Source of the DNA: Octopus vulgaris
Lineage: Eukaryota
Reading direction: 5' to 3'
Length of the DNA stretch: 64,000 bases
NCBI GenBank assembly: GCA_951406725.2
Contig: OX597815.1
Span: 179,242,001-179,306,000 of the forward strand
Part shown: piece by piece, positions 1 through 13,905 of the stretch
Numbering within the stretch: the stretch's first letter is position 1
Layout of the letters: every line of letters begins with the position of its first letter
Notes under the pieces: model-generated
Told to the model about the DNA's origin: nothing
The model's database searches: none
What the model saw: the letters and a program-made list of their open reading frames with translations, nothing else
Translations under genes and position numbers: made by a program

Positions 1-653
1 AGATTTCCAGATAATGGTCATGAATTAAAATAAAAATATAAAAAATAAGAACAGTAAAAAGAAAGGAGGAGGTGTAGGGGAAGAAAGAAGAGGAAGACAG
101 AAGATAAAAAGAAAGGGTGAAGAAAGAAAAGATGCAAGGAAGCGGGAAGAGAGAAGGAAAAAGGAGAAAAGAGGTGGGTTTTAAGTTAAACTATGCTAAT
201 AGTTACATGTGACTTTTAACAAATATGATAGACAAGCGCAGTCATTTGGGAGGTGGAAGCGATTAAAAATCATTCAATAGAGAGAGAGAAATTAAATTGA
301 TGGAGAACAACATATATTATCACTGGAAGGTACAGAGAAGGCAAAAACCCAAAACAGACGGATACACAAACACAGAAACTAGGACCCATCAAAATAAAGC
401 AATCAAAATCACTTTCAAAATATGTAAGAACATGAAAAAATATACATTGGTATCTTGTATTTGTTCCAGTCATTAGACTGCGGCCATATATATGTAAAAA
501 ATTAAAACTATCAATCCAAGGTAGGGGTTATAATTTATGGAAACAAGTAATACAATAAAGTAAAATGTAATATCGTAACAAATGTGTGTAAAACTTCCAT
601 AGTGGTCGATAAAAGTTCATAATGAAAGAGGTGGACTTAAATAAAAAGTATCA

Positions 654-702
<49 letters not shown>

Positions 703-1086
703 CGCCTTTAGTCGAGCAAATCGACCCCAGGACTTATTCTTTGTGAGCCTAGTACTTATTCTATCGATTCTTTTGCCGAACCGCCAAGTGACGGGGACGC
801 AAACACACCAGCATCGGTTGTCAAGCGACGTTGGGGGGACAAACACAGACGCACAAACATACATACATACATACATACATACATACATACATACATACAT
901 ACATACATACATACATACATACATACGACGGGTTCCTTTCAGTTTCCGTCTACCAAATCCACTCACAAGGATTTGGTCGGCCCGAGGCTATAATAGAAGA
1001 CACTTGCCCAAGGTGCCACGCAGTGGGACTGAACCCGGAACCATGTGGTTGGTAAGCAAACTACTTACCACACAGCCACTCCTACG
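703..1086 (-). mobile_element. tRNA-derived SINE, family S1 (CORE-like body, internal microsatellite)
   Basis: Minus strand starts GGAGTGGCTGTGTGG (A box) ... GGTTCAGTCCC (B box), then CCTTGGGCAAG. Near-identical copies at 11580, 22734, 40931 and others. Confidence 0.85.
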
Positions 1087-1127
<41 letters not shown>

Positions 1128-1129
<2 letters not shown>

Positions 1130-1315
1130 CCTCGTGTGTACCGTTGGCGATTTTTTTTCCTCTGTCTTCCCTTCTCCTATGTTTCCGACGAAGAGCTCCG
1201 CTCGAAACGTTAAACCCTCCTTCTTTCCTTCTTTCCTGAGCGTCCAATAATACTATATTTGTTCCACGTCCTCGCGTTGTTGTGTTTTTTTGTGCTTTCT
1301 TGTTTGGATTAACTT

Positions 1316-1316
<1 letters not shown>
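1128..1316 (+). mobile_element. Short HHR-bearing repeat, family A (retrozyme/PLE pLTR-like), flanked by (TA)n
   Basis: ~190 bp unit repeated at ~19660, ~28985 and ~57115. Starts CCTCGTGTGTACCG, ends GGATTAACTTT(AT)n, and contains an HHR motif. Confidence 0.75.
1181..1215 (+). ncRNA. Minimal type I hammerhead ribozyme (U4C variant)
   Basis: GTTT-CCGACGA-A-GAGC(TCC)GCTC-GAAACGTT-AAAC: stem I GTTT/AAAC, stem II GAGC/GCTC, palindromic ACGT stem III. Confidence 0.7.
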
Positions 1317-1348
<32 letters not shown>

Positions 1349-1559
1349 ATATATCGAAAACGACTGTCGAAAGGAAACATTTCAAGTTCAGGATTGCATA
1401 TATGCGAAAATATTTGAGGAAAAATATCAACTTAATCGAAGTTCTGCGAAAAGCAATAAAGCCAATGTGGTAGTGAAAAAGTGGCAATATTAATGTATTA
1501 ATCGTTCGGTGGCAAAAACCGCAAAACCAGAAACTTTGAAGAATACCAACAACAGTTCA

Positions 1560-1940
1560 AAAGCTCATATTGACTGTTCAAGGTCGATTTCTCTTGAAAG
1601 AGGGAAAATATTTTTCACTTAAGCATAACACACATATAAAACGGTGGTAGGATCCATTTCTGTATAGGCTTGCTCTTTCCAAGATAGAGCAATGGATTTT
1701 GAAAGGAGCGGAATAAATTTCTTTTAATTGCCATACATGTTCTGGTAAATTCATTGATGTAATGTTTACCGGGTATTTAAAGGAGTCTTTTTGTTGATAA
1801 GATCTCGTTTTGAAGCTATTTTCGGTGGCTCCGGTGTAAGCTTACTAGTAGGAGTATTATTGACCTGGACCTTAGCCCTAAAAATAACTCTTTTGATGAG
1901 GCAATTGCCGTTAAAAGAGCTGTTACTATACAGTTGTCAA
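1560..1940 (-). pseudogene. Decayed PLE GIY-YIG endonuclease fragment
   Basis: Manual minus-strand translation gives FNGNCLIKRVIFRAKV ... YTGATENSFKTRSYQQKDSFK...LPEHVWQLKE, matching a PLE GIY-YIG pattern. Frameshifted. Confidence 0.6.
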
Positions 1941-2611
1941 TTGTAAATATTAGTATATATACTCTAGCATCCATCTCTTCTTTTCCTTTTCTTTTTCCTT
2001 CACCCAAACAGTTTATTCTCTCTTCCTCCATTTTCTCTTTTTCTCTTTTATGTGTTTCACATTCTTCCATGCCTGCAACTTCCCTTTCTTTATTAGGTTT
2101 CAGTATTAAGGCAGCAACAGAGCTGTATTCTGACTGCAAGAGATCCGTTATTATTTTTAAGATATATACAAAGTATATGAAATATTCATCAATGTACAAA
2201 TGATGCTCTGCTATGATCCAATAAGTTATATTTAAATTTTGAGAAAATTTCTTCGGATTTGTATGCTTTGAATATTGGCGATTCCAGTTTTAAAAACATT
2301 CACAAATTCAATTCTTCAGGTCTGTTCATTTAATCCTAAAAAAACCCGCTAAACTCTAACTCCCAACCCTGAAGTGTAACTTCTAATTCTTAATCTTAAC
2401 ACCATAAAAATTGATTCTCACTTTTAGAAATCTAATCTACTATCTTTAAATCACAGAATTCAGAAAATATATTATGAAAAAATTACAGTCGGTTGTGTAA
2501 TGTGAATCGGAGAGAGCGCGGTCTGGCTATAAAAAGAAGTTCCAAAAGGTTTCTTTTCTTTTGTGAATCATAAATAAATTTTCTAAAAAAGTAATAAATG
2601 AAAAAATTACT

Positions 2612-2782
2612 CTACTCATGTATATATTATTCAAATTATATACGTCTCATGTATATATTATTCAAATCATATACGTCTCGTGTATATATTATCCAAAATC
2701 ATATATACATGTCTCATGTATATATTATCCAAAATCATATATACATGTCTCGTGTATATATTACTCAAATCATATACACATG
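2612..2782. repeat. Minisatellite, ~33-36 bp unit x5
   Basis: Repeats of TCTC(A/G)TGTATATATTAT(C/T)CAAA(A)TCATATA(TA)C. Confidence 0.85.
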
Positions 2783-3014
2783 GTTTAATAGACGAACGAA
2801 AGCGTAACTGTGTTGTTATGAAGTTATTTCTGTAGCCTCATCGTTTATAATTCTCTCCCCTTAAATTGCATACTGGTAAGTGCCATTGAGTAGTCTCCTG
2901 TAGCCTTGGGTTTACCGATGCCTGTGACTGAAATATGAAAGACAGAATCTGTGTGGAATCACCACACACGCACACATGCACACTTGCATATATGAATACA
3001 TATAACACTGATAA

Positions 3015-3090
<76 letters not shown>

Positions 3091-3315
3091 ACTTTTGCCA
3101 CATACTGACGTTTTTAGAAATAGCAGCCAAAAAGTTTTTGGCTGGTATTTCTAAAAATGTCAGTATGTGGCAAAGTAATTTATTTTACTCAACCCTAATT
3201 ATATAATGTAATATTTTGAATACGCCTTAAATAGTCCTTTTACATACTGAACACTACTTGGTGAAATTGATTAATAACTAATTAGTTTTACCCTTAATTA
3301 TTGATATATATATTG

Positions 3316-3348
<33 letters not shown>

Positions 3349-3354
3349 TGCATG

Positions 3355-4300
3355 TATATATCCAAAAGATGGAACAAAAACGCTACAGACGACAATAAAA
3401 TATCCGGACAGATAGACGATACAAAGACGGACAGGAAAAAAACAAAACAAGGACGGTTCATTCGCAAATTCCTCATCAGCCAGGTTACCATATTATCTTT
3501 ACAGTTTCGGGTAGTTACACTTGAGATTGTTAAAATCTGGATGTCCTACAACAAAAAAATCTAATCTAAGAGCATTAAACTTTTTGGAAGAAAGCAAGCG
3601 AATGTCTGCAACAACAAAGACAAAAACAGAGAATATGTTACACAATTACAAATACAAGCAACAAGAAAGTAACAGCATGTGTCTTTCGAATAATAAAGAC
3701 GAATCAAGTTAAGCTAGCGTGTTTAGAGTGAAAGCCTTGAGGCAGGAACATAAGAGATGGAGGTCAAGAGACAGGAATATCAGAGATGCTTCGCGGCTGG
3801 CAGTCAAGACAAGAGAGGAAAGAAAAGAGAGAGGTAGCGGGCAGAGGGATTGAGGGGGTAGGGGAAGAACGAGAAAGAGAGGAAATGAAAAGGACATAGA
3901 GAAAGATACAAGGGAGATAAACGAGGAGGAAAGGTGGGATTTAAATAAAGAGAAGGCCAAGAAATGTGGGAGAGGAGGAACGAGAAAAAGAAAAGAGGAA
4001 AGAAGAAATTATGAGGGGGACTAAAAGAAAGAGTAAAAGAGTCGTACAAAATTTAGATGCTAACTTATTTACAAGGTGAGCAAAAGTGTACGTACGTCGC
4101 TATATGTATATATAAATCCAAAAGATGGAACAAGAATGCAACAGACGACAATAAAACAACCGGACAGGGAAAACAATAAAAAGGCGGACAGGAAAAAAAA
4201 CAAGGACGAATCATTCGCAAGTTCCTATCATCAGTCAAGTTACCAAATTATCATTACAGTTTATGGCAGTTACACTTGAAACTATTCAAATCTGGCTGCC
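3355..4300. repeat. Diverged ~190 bp direct repeat pair (3355-3545 / 4108-4300) flanking a purine-rich spacer
   Basis: Both copies begin TCCAAAAGATGGAACAA...CAGACGACAATAAAA and share TCATTCGCAA...CATCAG...GTTACACTTGA. Confidence 0.7.
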
Positions 4301-4344
4301 CCCATCCCCACGCGTCCGTACACTTTTGCTCACCTTGTAAGTAT

Positions 4345-4346
4345 TA

Positions 4347-4414
<68 letters not shown>

Positions 4415-4474
4415 CATCCATCCATCCATCCATCCATCCATCCATCCATCCATCCATCCATCCATCCATCCATC

Positions 4475-4565
<91 letters not shown>
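4345..4565. repeat. (TATC)n/(CATC)n microsatellite
   Basis: Direct reading. Confidence 0.95.
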
Positions 4566-5189
4566 ATGTGCCGTGATAGAAAATTCATATATGCATATAT
4601 AGTACACTCATTCACACATACATACACAATCACGCTTCAATGCATATACGAAGCATTATTGACAGTATTCAATATCAACGTCAAAGAGGTTTTTTTTTCT
4701 GGCTCCAAATCTAACTGATGCTAGTTTAAATCTAATCTATCAGTTGACAGTAAAAGAAGACCTACTTAACTTTCACGGGTTGATTTAATTAACTTCGTTC
4801 GAGTAGCGCTCTTTATTATCCCATATTATATTTAATTCTTGCTTGACAAATTATTCCTTTTAGTTTTTGTGATTAAGTATCATTTATTAGCGCCGTGCAG
4901 ACAGAAAAATGCTAAGAATGCTTTATTAGTTTAACTCCTTAACCTTAACCCCTTGCCTGTTCAAAGCGTCCATGGTTGTTTCCAGACTTTAAGTCAGCCC
5001 TGTTTCATACGTTTTGAGTAATAGAACGCTTTTCTTTCATAAGTCACAAGTTATTCTGAGGATTGAAAACAATCAGGAATGTGTATCAATACCTGATGCA
5101 TACGCATCACGGAAATATATCCTGTGTATTACCTGTGATACACGGATCAAACAAATGGTTAACTTCCTTATACAGTTGTGTATGTACAT

Positions 5190-5581
5190 CTCATCATCAT
5201 TCATCATTGTTCGACCGTGGTCGAGACAATGGAATTTACCATGCTACGCCAGACTTCACGGTCCATCATGGCATTACGGAGGTCCTGTTGCTGGATGCCT
5301 GTATCCCTGGAGATTACATCAGGGTAGGAGAGTGTGCGCCCTCTGGTATTGCGAGTAGATGGCTTCCAGAGGAGAAGAGTAGAAATTACTTCTTTTTCAG
5401 CTCTACAACAATGTCCAGCAAACTGGACTCTCCTACCTTTCACAAGAGATGACACAGGTGGTAGTTTCCCATATATTTGCATTTTGGTTGGATGGCGCTT
5501 CCACGAGAGATTTTGAGCTCTCATAATGAGGCGAGTGTAGGTTCCATCCAACCGCCTCTCAAGCTTCTTTGATAACGTCCA
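5190..5581 (-). mobile_element. 5'-truncated RTE-group LINE 3' end
   Basis: ORF 5204-5551 (LSWKRHPT...RRVQFAGHCCR...LLWKP...RGR...MMDREVWR) is a typical RTE/RTEX C-terminus, followed by a (TGA)n tail. Confidence 0.75.
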
Positions 5582-6266
5582 GGTTATCTACATTATTGAA
5601 TGCGCCTCTTAACTTTAACAACATAGAATGTTATTAATGTTATTAGAGGTATGTTTAAATTTTATTGCTAACAAGTTCAGTGAGTATATCGAAGTTTCAG
5701 TATTGGCTCGATTAATTATCATTTTCACAATTGTGTCGTTAAATCTTTATACGAAACCATGTTTATTGCGGAAGAACTGTATTGTACTTAAAAGTTCAAA
5801 GCCGTTATGAAGCATCGGAAACATTCAAATTGTAATATATGATATTTCAAAGAATTTTGATATGAGATAGAAAATGAATATAAGTTATTTTTTGAAATGT
5901 CACGTTCAAGGTAAACAAACTCACCTTACAAATTATAAATATGAAAGTCTTTTATCAAATTTTATAGCAAAAAATTTTTTCTTTCTACTGAATTGTCTCG
6001 TGCTGCAGAACGCCAGTCAGATCATGATGATTATGTGATTAATATACACTTTCTGACATTTCAAAGAAATTCAGTCACGCTGTGGCAGAATACTTAGAAC
6101 AGAGAAAATGCGTTAGGAAGTCTGGTTTCAATTTTGTATCGAAACATCGCCTAGGTGGTATTATATTTCCATTTTTCCGCAGTCAAGTAAATAAGTACCA
6201 GCCAAGTGCTGAGGTCGATATACTTGACTATACCTCACCTTTAAAAGTGTGAGCTTTTTTTATATC

Positions 6267-6335
<69 letters not shown>

Positions 6336-6480
6336 AAAGGATGTGTTATGATACTATTCCACAGCCATACTAACAATCCAGCATGCTTCCATCATCAGCT
6401 GCCCCACGGATGTCATTATGGTTTCGACACCTGGGCAGTACCATTCAATCCGGCGGTGTCAACAGCACTAAAATAAGTGT

Positions 6481-6573
<93 letters not shown>

Positions 6574-6676
6574 TTAAATGAGGGTGGAAAATTTGATATT
6601 AATTTAATAATACCATCAATTTAACACCAAGTGGCTTAGCACAAAATAACCAAGGGAAAAATATAAATTTATACGT

Positions 6677-6855
6677 AAATATTAGAGAGTGACCACTATG
6701 TGGTTCACTCTTGTGCTAACAATTCGTTGTGTTTCACTTACCTTACGTTAAATGTAGTGGTATTTCTTCTTGGAAACAACTTTTAGTGGCTATACCATTA
6801 GTGGAGCTATTTTTAGCACAAGAGTGAACCACATAGTGGTCACTCTCTAATATTT
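6677..6855. repeat. ~43 bp perfect inverted repeat (foldback) between TA tracts
   Basis: AAATATTAGAGAGTGACCACTATGTGGTTCACTCTTGTGCTAA (6677-6719) and its reverse complement (6812-6854). Confidence 0.85.
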
Positions 6856-6909
6856 ATATATGTATATATTTTTATATACATATATTGGGAAAAATTAGAT
6901 GTGTATTAA

Positions 6910-7385
6910 TATCGCTTTCAAATTTTGGCATAAGTCTAGCAATTTCGGGAGTGGGGTGGAGCTAAGTCGATTATATCGACTCCAAGAGCTCAACTGGTAC
7001 TTATTATATTGAGTCCGAAAGAGATCGATAAAATAAGTACAAGGCAAAGTTGAACTCTGCAGAATTGGAAGTCAGGACGTAGAGACGGACGAAATGCCGC
7101 TAAGCGTTTGGTCCGGTGTGCTAACGATTGGACAAGCCCGACGCCTTGGTGTGTTTAAAGAATGACGTTAAATTCCAATACACATCGATCCGTCCAGCTT
7201 GTAGAATCTTTACGATGCTGACGTTTCGTCCGTCTTTACGTCCTGAGTTCAAATTCCGTCGAGATCGACTTTGCATTTCATCGGGGTCGATAAAACAATT
7301 GCCAGTTGAGTACGGGGGGGGGTCAATGCAATCCACTAACCACTTCCCCAAAATTGCTGGCTTTGTGCCAAAATTTGAAATCAAT
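6910..7385. mobile_element. Two decayed family S3 SINE copies in divergent orientation
   Basis: GAGTTCAAATTCCG...GACTTTGC...GGGGTCGATAAA on plus (7215-7385) and its complement at 6910-7145. Confidence 0.65.
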
Positions 7386-8407
7386 ATTATTACTCTCATT
7401 ATTTCATTGTTATTACAACTTTTATCTCATTTTTTAATGTGTATTTATAATGTTCTTTAATCTAATTTACAGACAATGAAATGATAAATCCAGTTTCAGA
7501 ATCCTCTTTTGTATATGACTAACTCTCTCCAAAGAAAGTGCAAGGATTTATAATTAGAAATATTGCATTAACAGTTCCAGATTCTTTTACAGTTTCTGTA
7601 ATAGTAAAAAAATAAATAAATAAATAAATAAATAAATAAAATTGTTTCAGATGTAATTTTATATTTTACAGCCAAATCTAAACGTTGGAGGTCTGGAATT
7701 GAAAAGAACAACTTTTTGAGAAGAATGAAATTCCTAAAAGTGACTAAAACTTAAAATAATTGCTTTCAAACAGCGCAAGTGAAAGTAGTTAGCAGCAAAC
7801 TGTACATTCGTATGTGTGTGTGATCATAACAGATCATCGATTTTTTTGAACTTTGAAATTGTTGCTTTGGAAAATCTTTGGAAAATCAAATGCGTTGTAA
7901 ATACTCTGTAACTCCAAATAGCAGGATAAGCAAGTTGAAAGTAGCTCGAGTGTATGATTATAAATTCAGAATATCTGCTAATAGCTTTGCAAGTTCAAAA
8001 CAAAACGAACGATTTACCCTACACTAAGAAGAAAGTGGTAAAAACATATTAGTGACTTACATTCTGAGCATAATTTAATTTTATATCGATAATTTTATTT
8101 CAGTAATTTAGTTTGTATTTTAGTTCAAATTTTGTTGTGCTGTAGTGTTTTGTTTGAAGTTTTGAAATCGTGTTTATAAATTACTGACACTTTTTAAATA
8201 ATAAATTATAAGTGTCCATAACTATCCAACATTGGCGATCTTTACACTACATATACATGGGGTGTTTTACTACTAAACACAATCATACGTAATAGAGTTT
8301 TAAAATATTTCTTATATTTTCCACCCTTTCTTTTACTTCTCATTTACCACTTCGCCTCCTTCCTTACCTCTCTTTCCCATCACCGTCCATTGATGTTGTT
8401 GTTGTTA

Positions 8408-8465
<58 letters not shown>

Positions 8466-9679
8466 CATCATCATCATCATCATAATCATCATCATCATCA
8501 TCATCATCATATCATCAAATTCCCTGTAGTTTTACCCCGTACATAAAATTACGTTTTACGCGGAAAGAAAAACACGTGATGTAATGTATTTCGGATCCAC
8601 TACTACAAATGTTTATGTCTAGCGTGTTGGTAACATCTAGTACCACTCGCATGCACATATGTTGCATATACACACACATACACGGGAACAAACATATACA
8701 AGCACGCATGAACACATACACACACATACATATGTACGCGTACAAACATACAAACAGACACATAAATATTTTTGTAATTCCTATTCGCCGTTTACTGTTT
8801 CTTTTTTCTTTTAATGTTATTAGATACACGATGTAAAATATATATTCTATCGCAGAGAGTAAGCCCGAGGCATATATCTGACTATTTTTGAAAACGCTGG
8901 GTTCTATTAATGCAAGCTTTTCTAATGTACGTGAGTAAATAGAATGATGAGAATTCAACAGCAGAAATTAAATATCGGGAAGTCTGAATATTAAAAACCC
9001 ACAGTATTTAAAATCGGAAAATGCACAAGTAGTTTATCACGAACGTCGAGTGTTCAGATTATTGAAACCCAATACTTTAACTTAATGGCGTTGTTTATCT
9101 TATATCATTTCCTTTCTTTTTGTAACATGTCATATTTTCTTGTAGATCTTCTCAAGTATTAACACATTAAACAGATTAACTATTATAGTCGAGAGTACCG
9201 TCAAGTGAAAAAATTCCTGATTAGAAGAGTGAATGATCATTTGATTAAATGTACGCCATTAATGAAGCTTCATATATACGACAATGTCATTTCACCCTTC
9301 AGTCGTATTGTTCTTTTCGATGCAACCTTATTATGTTGAGTATCACAAAACCTCTATTTCGGATAAGTTACCGTCCCGAGAGTACCACATAAAACTGTGT
9401 ATGTCTTAAAAACACTAAGAGACTATTCATACTGTATGGGGAAAAAAACCGATAAGCTATCAAGTTGATTGAAAAGAAAGTCATGTGATGACAGTTCTCT
9501 TTTTCTCCAGCTGAGAAGAATATGTGAATTCCATTTAAATTTGCTCTTAGAGTTGAAAGTGTTTGGCAGATTTTAAATAATTTCTTTGACCAATCTCAGT
9601 TTAGTGAAACAGCATTTGGTATTCATATTGGTGAATAGAACCAGTGTAAGATATTCACTGTTTCGTGTTAGATGGTAAT

Positions 9680-10065
9680 GGATGGAAGCACTCCGTCGGT
9701 TACGACGACGAGGGTTCCATTTGATCCGATCAACGGAACAGCCTGCTCGTGAAATTAACGTGTAAGTGGCTGAGCACTCCACAGACACGTGTACCCTTAA
9801 CGTAGTTCTCGGGGATATTCAGCGTGACACAGAGAGTGACAAGGCCGGCCCTTTGAAATACAGGTACAACAGAAACAGGAAGTAAGAGTGAGAGAAAGTT
9901 GTGGTGAAAGAGTACAGCAGGGATCACCACCATCCCTGCCGGAGCCTCGTAGAGCTTTAGGTGTTTTCGCTCAATAAACACTTACAACGCCCGGTCTGGG
10001 AATCGAAACCGCGATCCTACGACCGCGAGTCCGCTGCCCTAACCACTGGGCCATTGCGCCTCCTC
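9680..10065 (-). mobile_element. tRNA-derived SINE, family S2, with 11-bp TSD
   Basis: Head GGAGGCGCAATGGCCCAGTGGTTAGG...GGTTTCGATTCCC. TSD TAGATGGTAAT at 9669-9679 and 10066-10076. Near-identical to the 46803 copy. Confidence 0.9.
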
Positions 10066-10671
10066 TAGATGGTAATACAGATCTTACAACTATGAATTGG
10101 GACATACGATGTCTAGACAGGAAACCGATTAAGAGCAGCTGAGCTTGTTATTCACAATTCATTGTTGCAAGGTTATAAACTAGTTCAGAATGAATTAGAC
10201 TAAAGCAATTAAAAATAATATGTGGTAGGTATGGTTGGAAGTGAAAATTAGGTCAGAATATGTTAGATAAACGGGAGACCTAATGAGAAAGTGGTTCAGG
10301 TAAAAAAAAGGGATTCAGTTAAAGGGCAGCTAAAAAATTGTTGACAAGATATATTTAGTAAAGTGTTATAAGTGAAGATGAATCTTGACCTTTTCACTGT
10401 TAGCTGAATGTTGTTAAGCATGATATAACTACAAACCAGGATATAGTTTTGAGGAAACAACTGAAGTGGAATCAAAGCAAGAGCAAATGATAGGAGGATC
10501 TTAGTAGAGAATACTGTGTATTGTTGAGATTAATGTCTAGCTTTGCGTTTTGCTACAACTTTCAGCCAAAGGTCTATAAAATTCTCCGAAACATAAGATG
10601 CGTAGTGAGAAGAGCAAAAAGCTAATAACTAGAACTAAATTTGGTAAACCTGTACGATGAGTAGCAACGGA

Positions 10672-11254
10672 GGATCTTATAACTTTGACCGGCAGATTTT
10701 TAAAATAATTTCTTTGTAACTAAACACTTTTAAACTTCGTATACTGGTAGAATGTATTACATAAAACATCTTTTTCTCTTGGCTTTCTTGAGAAAATTCT
10801 GTAGTTTGTAAGCTATTTCTTGTTAAATATCTTGCATTTCGGCAATTTCAACCAATCAATGACGTCTATTGAGGTGAATACAATTTCTGCTGTTCCTTGT
10901 CAACAATTTCTTGCGGTGTCTACTCAGTTTGTCACTGTTATTTATGACATATTTCATATCAGTTACGTTCGTATGAATAAAAGATTATCGTTATTAAACT
11001 TTTATTAATAAACACATATTCTATGTTCACAACATATGCAGTTTTAATTTCCCTCTCTGTTGCACAGATACACGCATTACATATCATATATTCATTTAAG
11101 AAACAAATTGGGTTTATTTACATTTCTGAAGAAAAAAGATACCCTTCCCCCACCCCTAACCCTAACCCTAACCCTAAAACAGATTGAAATGCAATAGATC
11201 GATACAATAGAATATTATTATTTTAAAAATCTGCCGGTCAAAGTGAAAAGATCC
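10672..11254. mobile_element. Non-autonomous DNA transposon (Merlin-like MITE) with subterminal (CCCTAA)4
   Basis: TIRs GGATCTT.T.ACTTTGACCGGCAGATTTTTAAAA and complement. 8-bp TSD GCAACGGA/GCAATGGA. GG...CC termini. Confidence 0.75.
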
Positions 11255-11579
11255 GCAATGGAATGTAAAAGTCAATTTATATAAGCGGAAGGGTGGTGGT
11301 CTTCTGAAAAAGTACTAAGAAATTACCACATGGAAAATAAAATAATGTGCATAGCTTTGCTATATGCAGAGATAATAATTCTGCTCAATGCGGTAGCTAA
11401 GACATGGACGGTTTATTGTCGTAGTCACGGAAATTTTGTGGAAGTTTTCCTTATACATCTTCCACGTTATATGCAAGGATTTGTTGAGTAGCAATGCTTT
11501 CCGTCTAGATACACGCTTCTGTCACACCTGATGTTCTTTAAAATATTTGCCAGTTGTTTGACCGGGTGTAGTATCTTGA

Positions 11580-11965
11580 GCTTGCTAACCAACCACATGG
11601 TTCCGGGTTCAGTCCCACTGCGTGGCATCTTGGGCAAGTGTCTTCTGCTATAGCCCCGGGCCGACCAATGCCTTGTGAGTGGATTTGGTAGACGGAAACT
11701 GAAAGAAGCCTGTCGTATATATGTATATATATCTATATATGTATGTGTGTGTGTTTGTGTGTCTGTGTTTGTTCCCCTAGCAATGCTTGACAACCGATGC
11801 TGGTGTGTTTACGTCCCCGTCACTTAGCGGTTCGGCAAAAAGAGACCGATAGAATAAGTACTGGGCTTACAAAAAGAATAAGACCCGGGGTCGAGTTGCT
11901 CGACTAAAGGCGATGCTCCAGCATGGCCGCAGTCAAATGACTGAAACAAGTAAAAGAGTAAAGAG
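11580..11965 (+). mobile_element. SINE family S1 (5' slightly truncated)
   Basis: Matches the other S1 copies; (AAAGAGT)n tail. Confidence 0.85.
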
Positions 11966-12182
11966 TATAGGTGGCATAGCAGCAGCCGTCCCCGTTGAAA
12001 CAGATTAAATCAAGCGTGCAGGAAGAATGGTCAGTCGCAAACTCGTACGAATTATAAGACTGATTCTCTCCAACCTCCAATCCCAACCATCAATTGGCTC
12101 ATTAACGAATTCTCTTTGTACAGACCAGTTTTTCTACTAGTCTCATTGAAAACGAACAGGAAGCGGGAAATGTATACGTACA

Positions 12183-12229
<47 letters not shown>

Positions 12230-13905
12230 GCATACATACATACATACATACATACATACATACATACATACATGCATGCATGCATGCATACATACAGACA
12301 GACATATATACATACATACATAGATGCATACATGCATGCATACATACATATCTATCTATCCATCCATCCATACATACATGCACATATACATACATGCACA
12401 CATACATGCATACATACATACATGCATGCATACATACATACATACATGCATGCATGCATAAATACATACATACATACATGCATGCATACATACATATCTA
12501 TCTATCCATCCATCCATCATACATACATGCACACACACATACATGCACACATACATACATGCACACATACATACATGCACACATACATACATGCACACAT
12601 ACATACATGCACACATACATACATACATACATACATACATACATACATGCATACATACATACATACATGCATGCATACATACATACATACATATCTATCT
12701 ATCTATCCATCCATCCATACATACATGCACACATATATGCATACAAACATACATACATGCATGCATACATACATACATACATACATATATGCATGCATGC
12801 ATACATACATACATAGATGCATACATGCATGCATACATACATGCATGCATACATACATGCATGCATACATACATGCATGCATACATACATACATACATAG
12901 ATGCATGCATGCATGCATACATATATATCTATCTATCCATCCATACATACATACATGCACACATACATACATGCACACATACATACATGCACACATACAT
13001 ACATGCACACATACATGCATACATACATACATGCATGCATAAATACATACATACATGCATGCATACATACATACATATCTATCTATCTATCCATCCATCC
13101 ATACATACATGCACACATATATGCATACAAACATACATGCATGCATGCATACATACATATATGCATGCATGCATACATACATACATACATAGATGCATAC
13201 ATGCATGCATACATACATACATGCATGCATGCAAGCATACATACATAGATGCATACATGAATGCATGCATACATACGTACATACATATGTATCTATCCAT
13301 CTATCCATTCATACATAATGCACACATACATACGTACATACATACATGCTTACATACATACATACATTCATGCATACATACATACATACATACATACATA
13401 CATACATACATACAGACAGACAGACAGACAGACATATATACATACATACATAGATGCATGCATACATACATACATATATATCTATCCATCCATCCATACA
13501 TACATGCACACATACATACATGCACACAACATACATGCACACATAATACATACATGCATACATACATACATACATACATGCATACATACATACATGCATG
13601 CATGCATAAATACATACATACATACATACATACATAGATGCATGCATACATGCATGCATGCATACATACATATATATCTATCTATCCATCCATCCATACA
13701 TACATGCACACATACATACGTACATAAATACATGCACACATACATACATACATGCATACATACATACATACATACATACATACATACATACATAGATGCA
13801 TACATGCATGCATGCATACATACATATCTATCTATCCATCCATCCATACATACATGCACACATACATACGTACATACATACATGCATACATACATCCATA
13901 TACAT
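12183..13905. repeat. 1.7 kb compound (CATA/CATG/TATC) microsatellite array
   Basis: Direct reading. Recurring higher-order motif ...CATATCTATCTATCCATCCATCCATACATACATGCACAC. Confidence 0.95.

Noticed and set aside
6332-6482. Possible HHR in a short TA-flanked insert
   Set aside because: GAAAC and CTGATGA pieces occur on minus but I could not form consistent stems.
11154-11177. True telomere
   Set aside because: Only four units, internal to a MITE.
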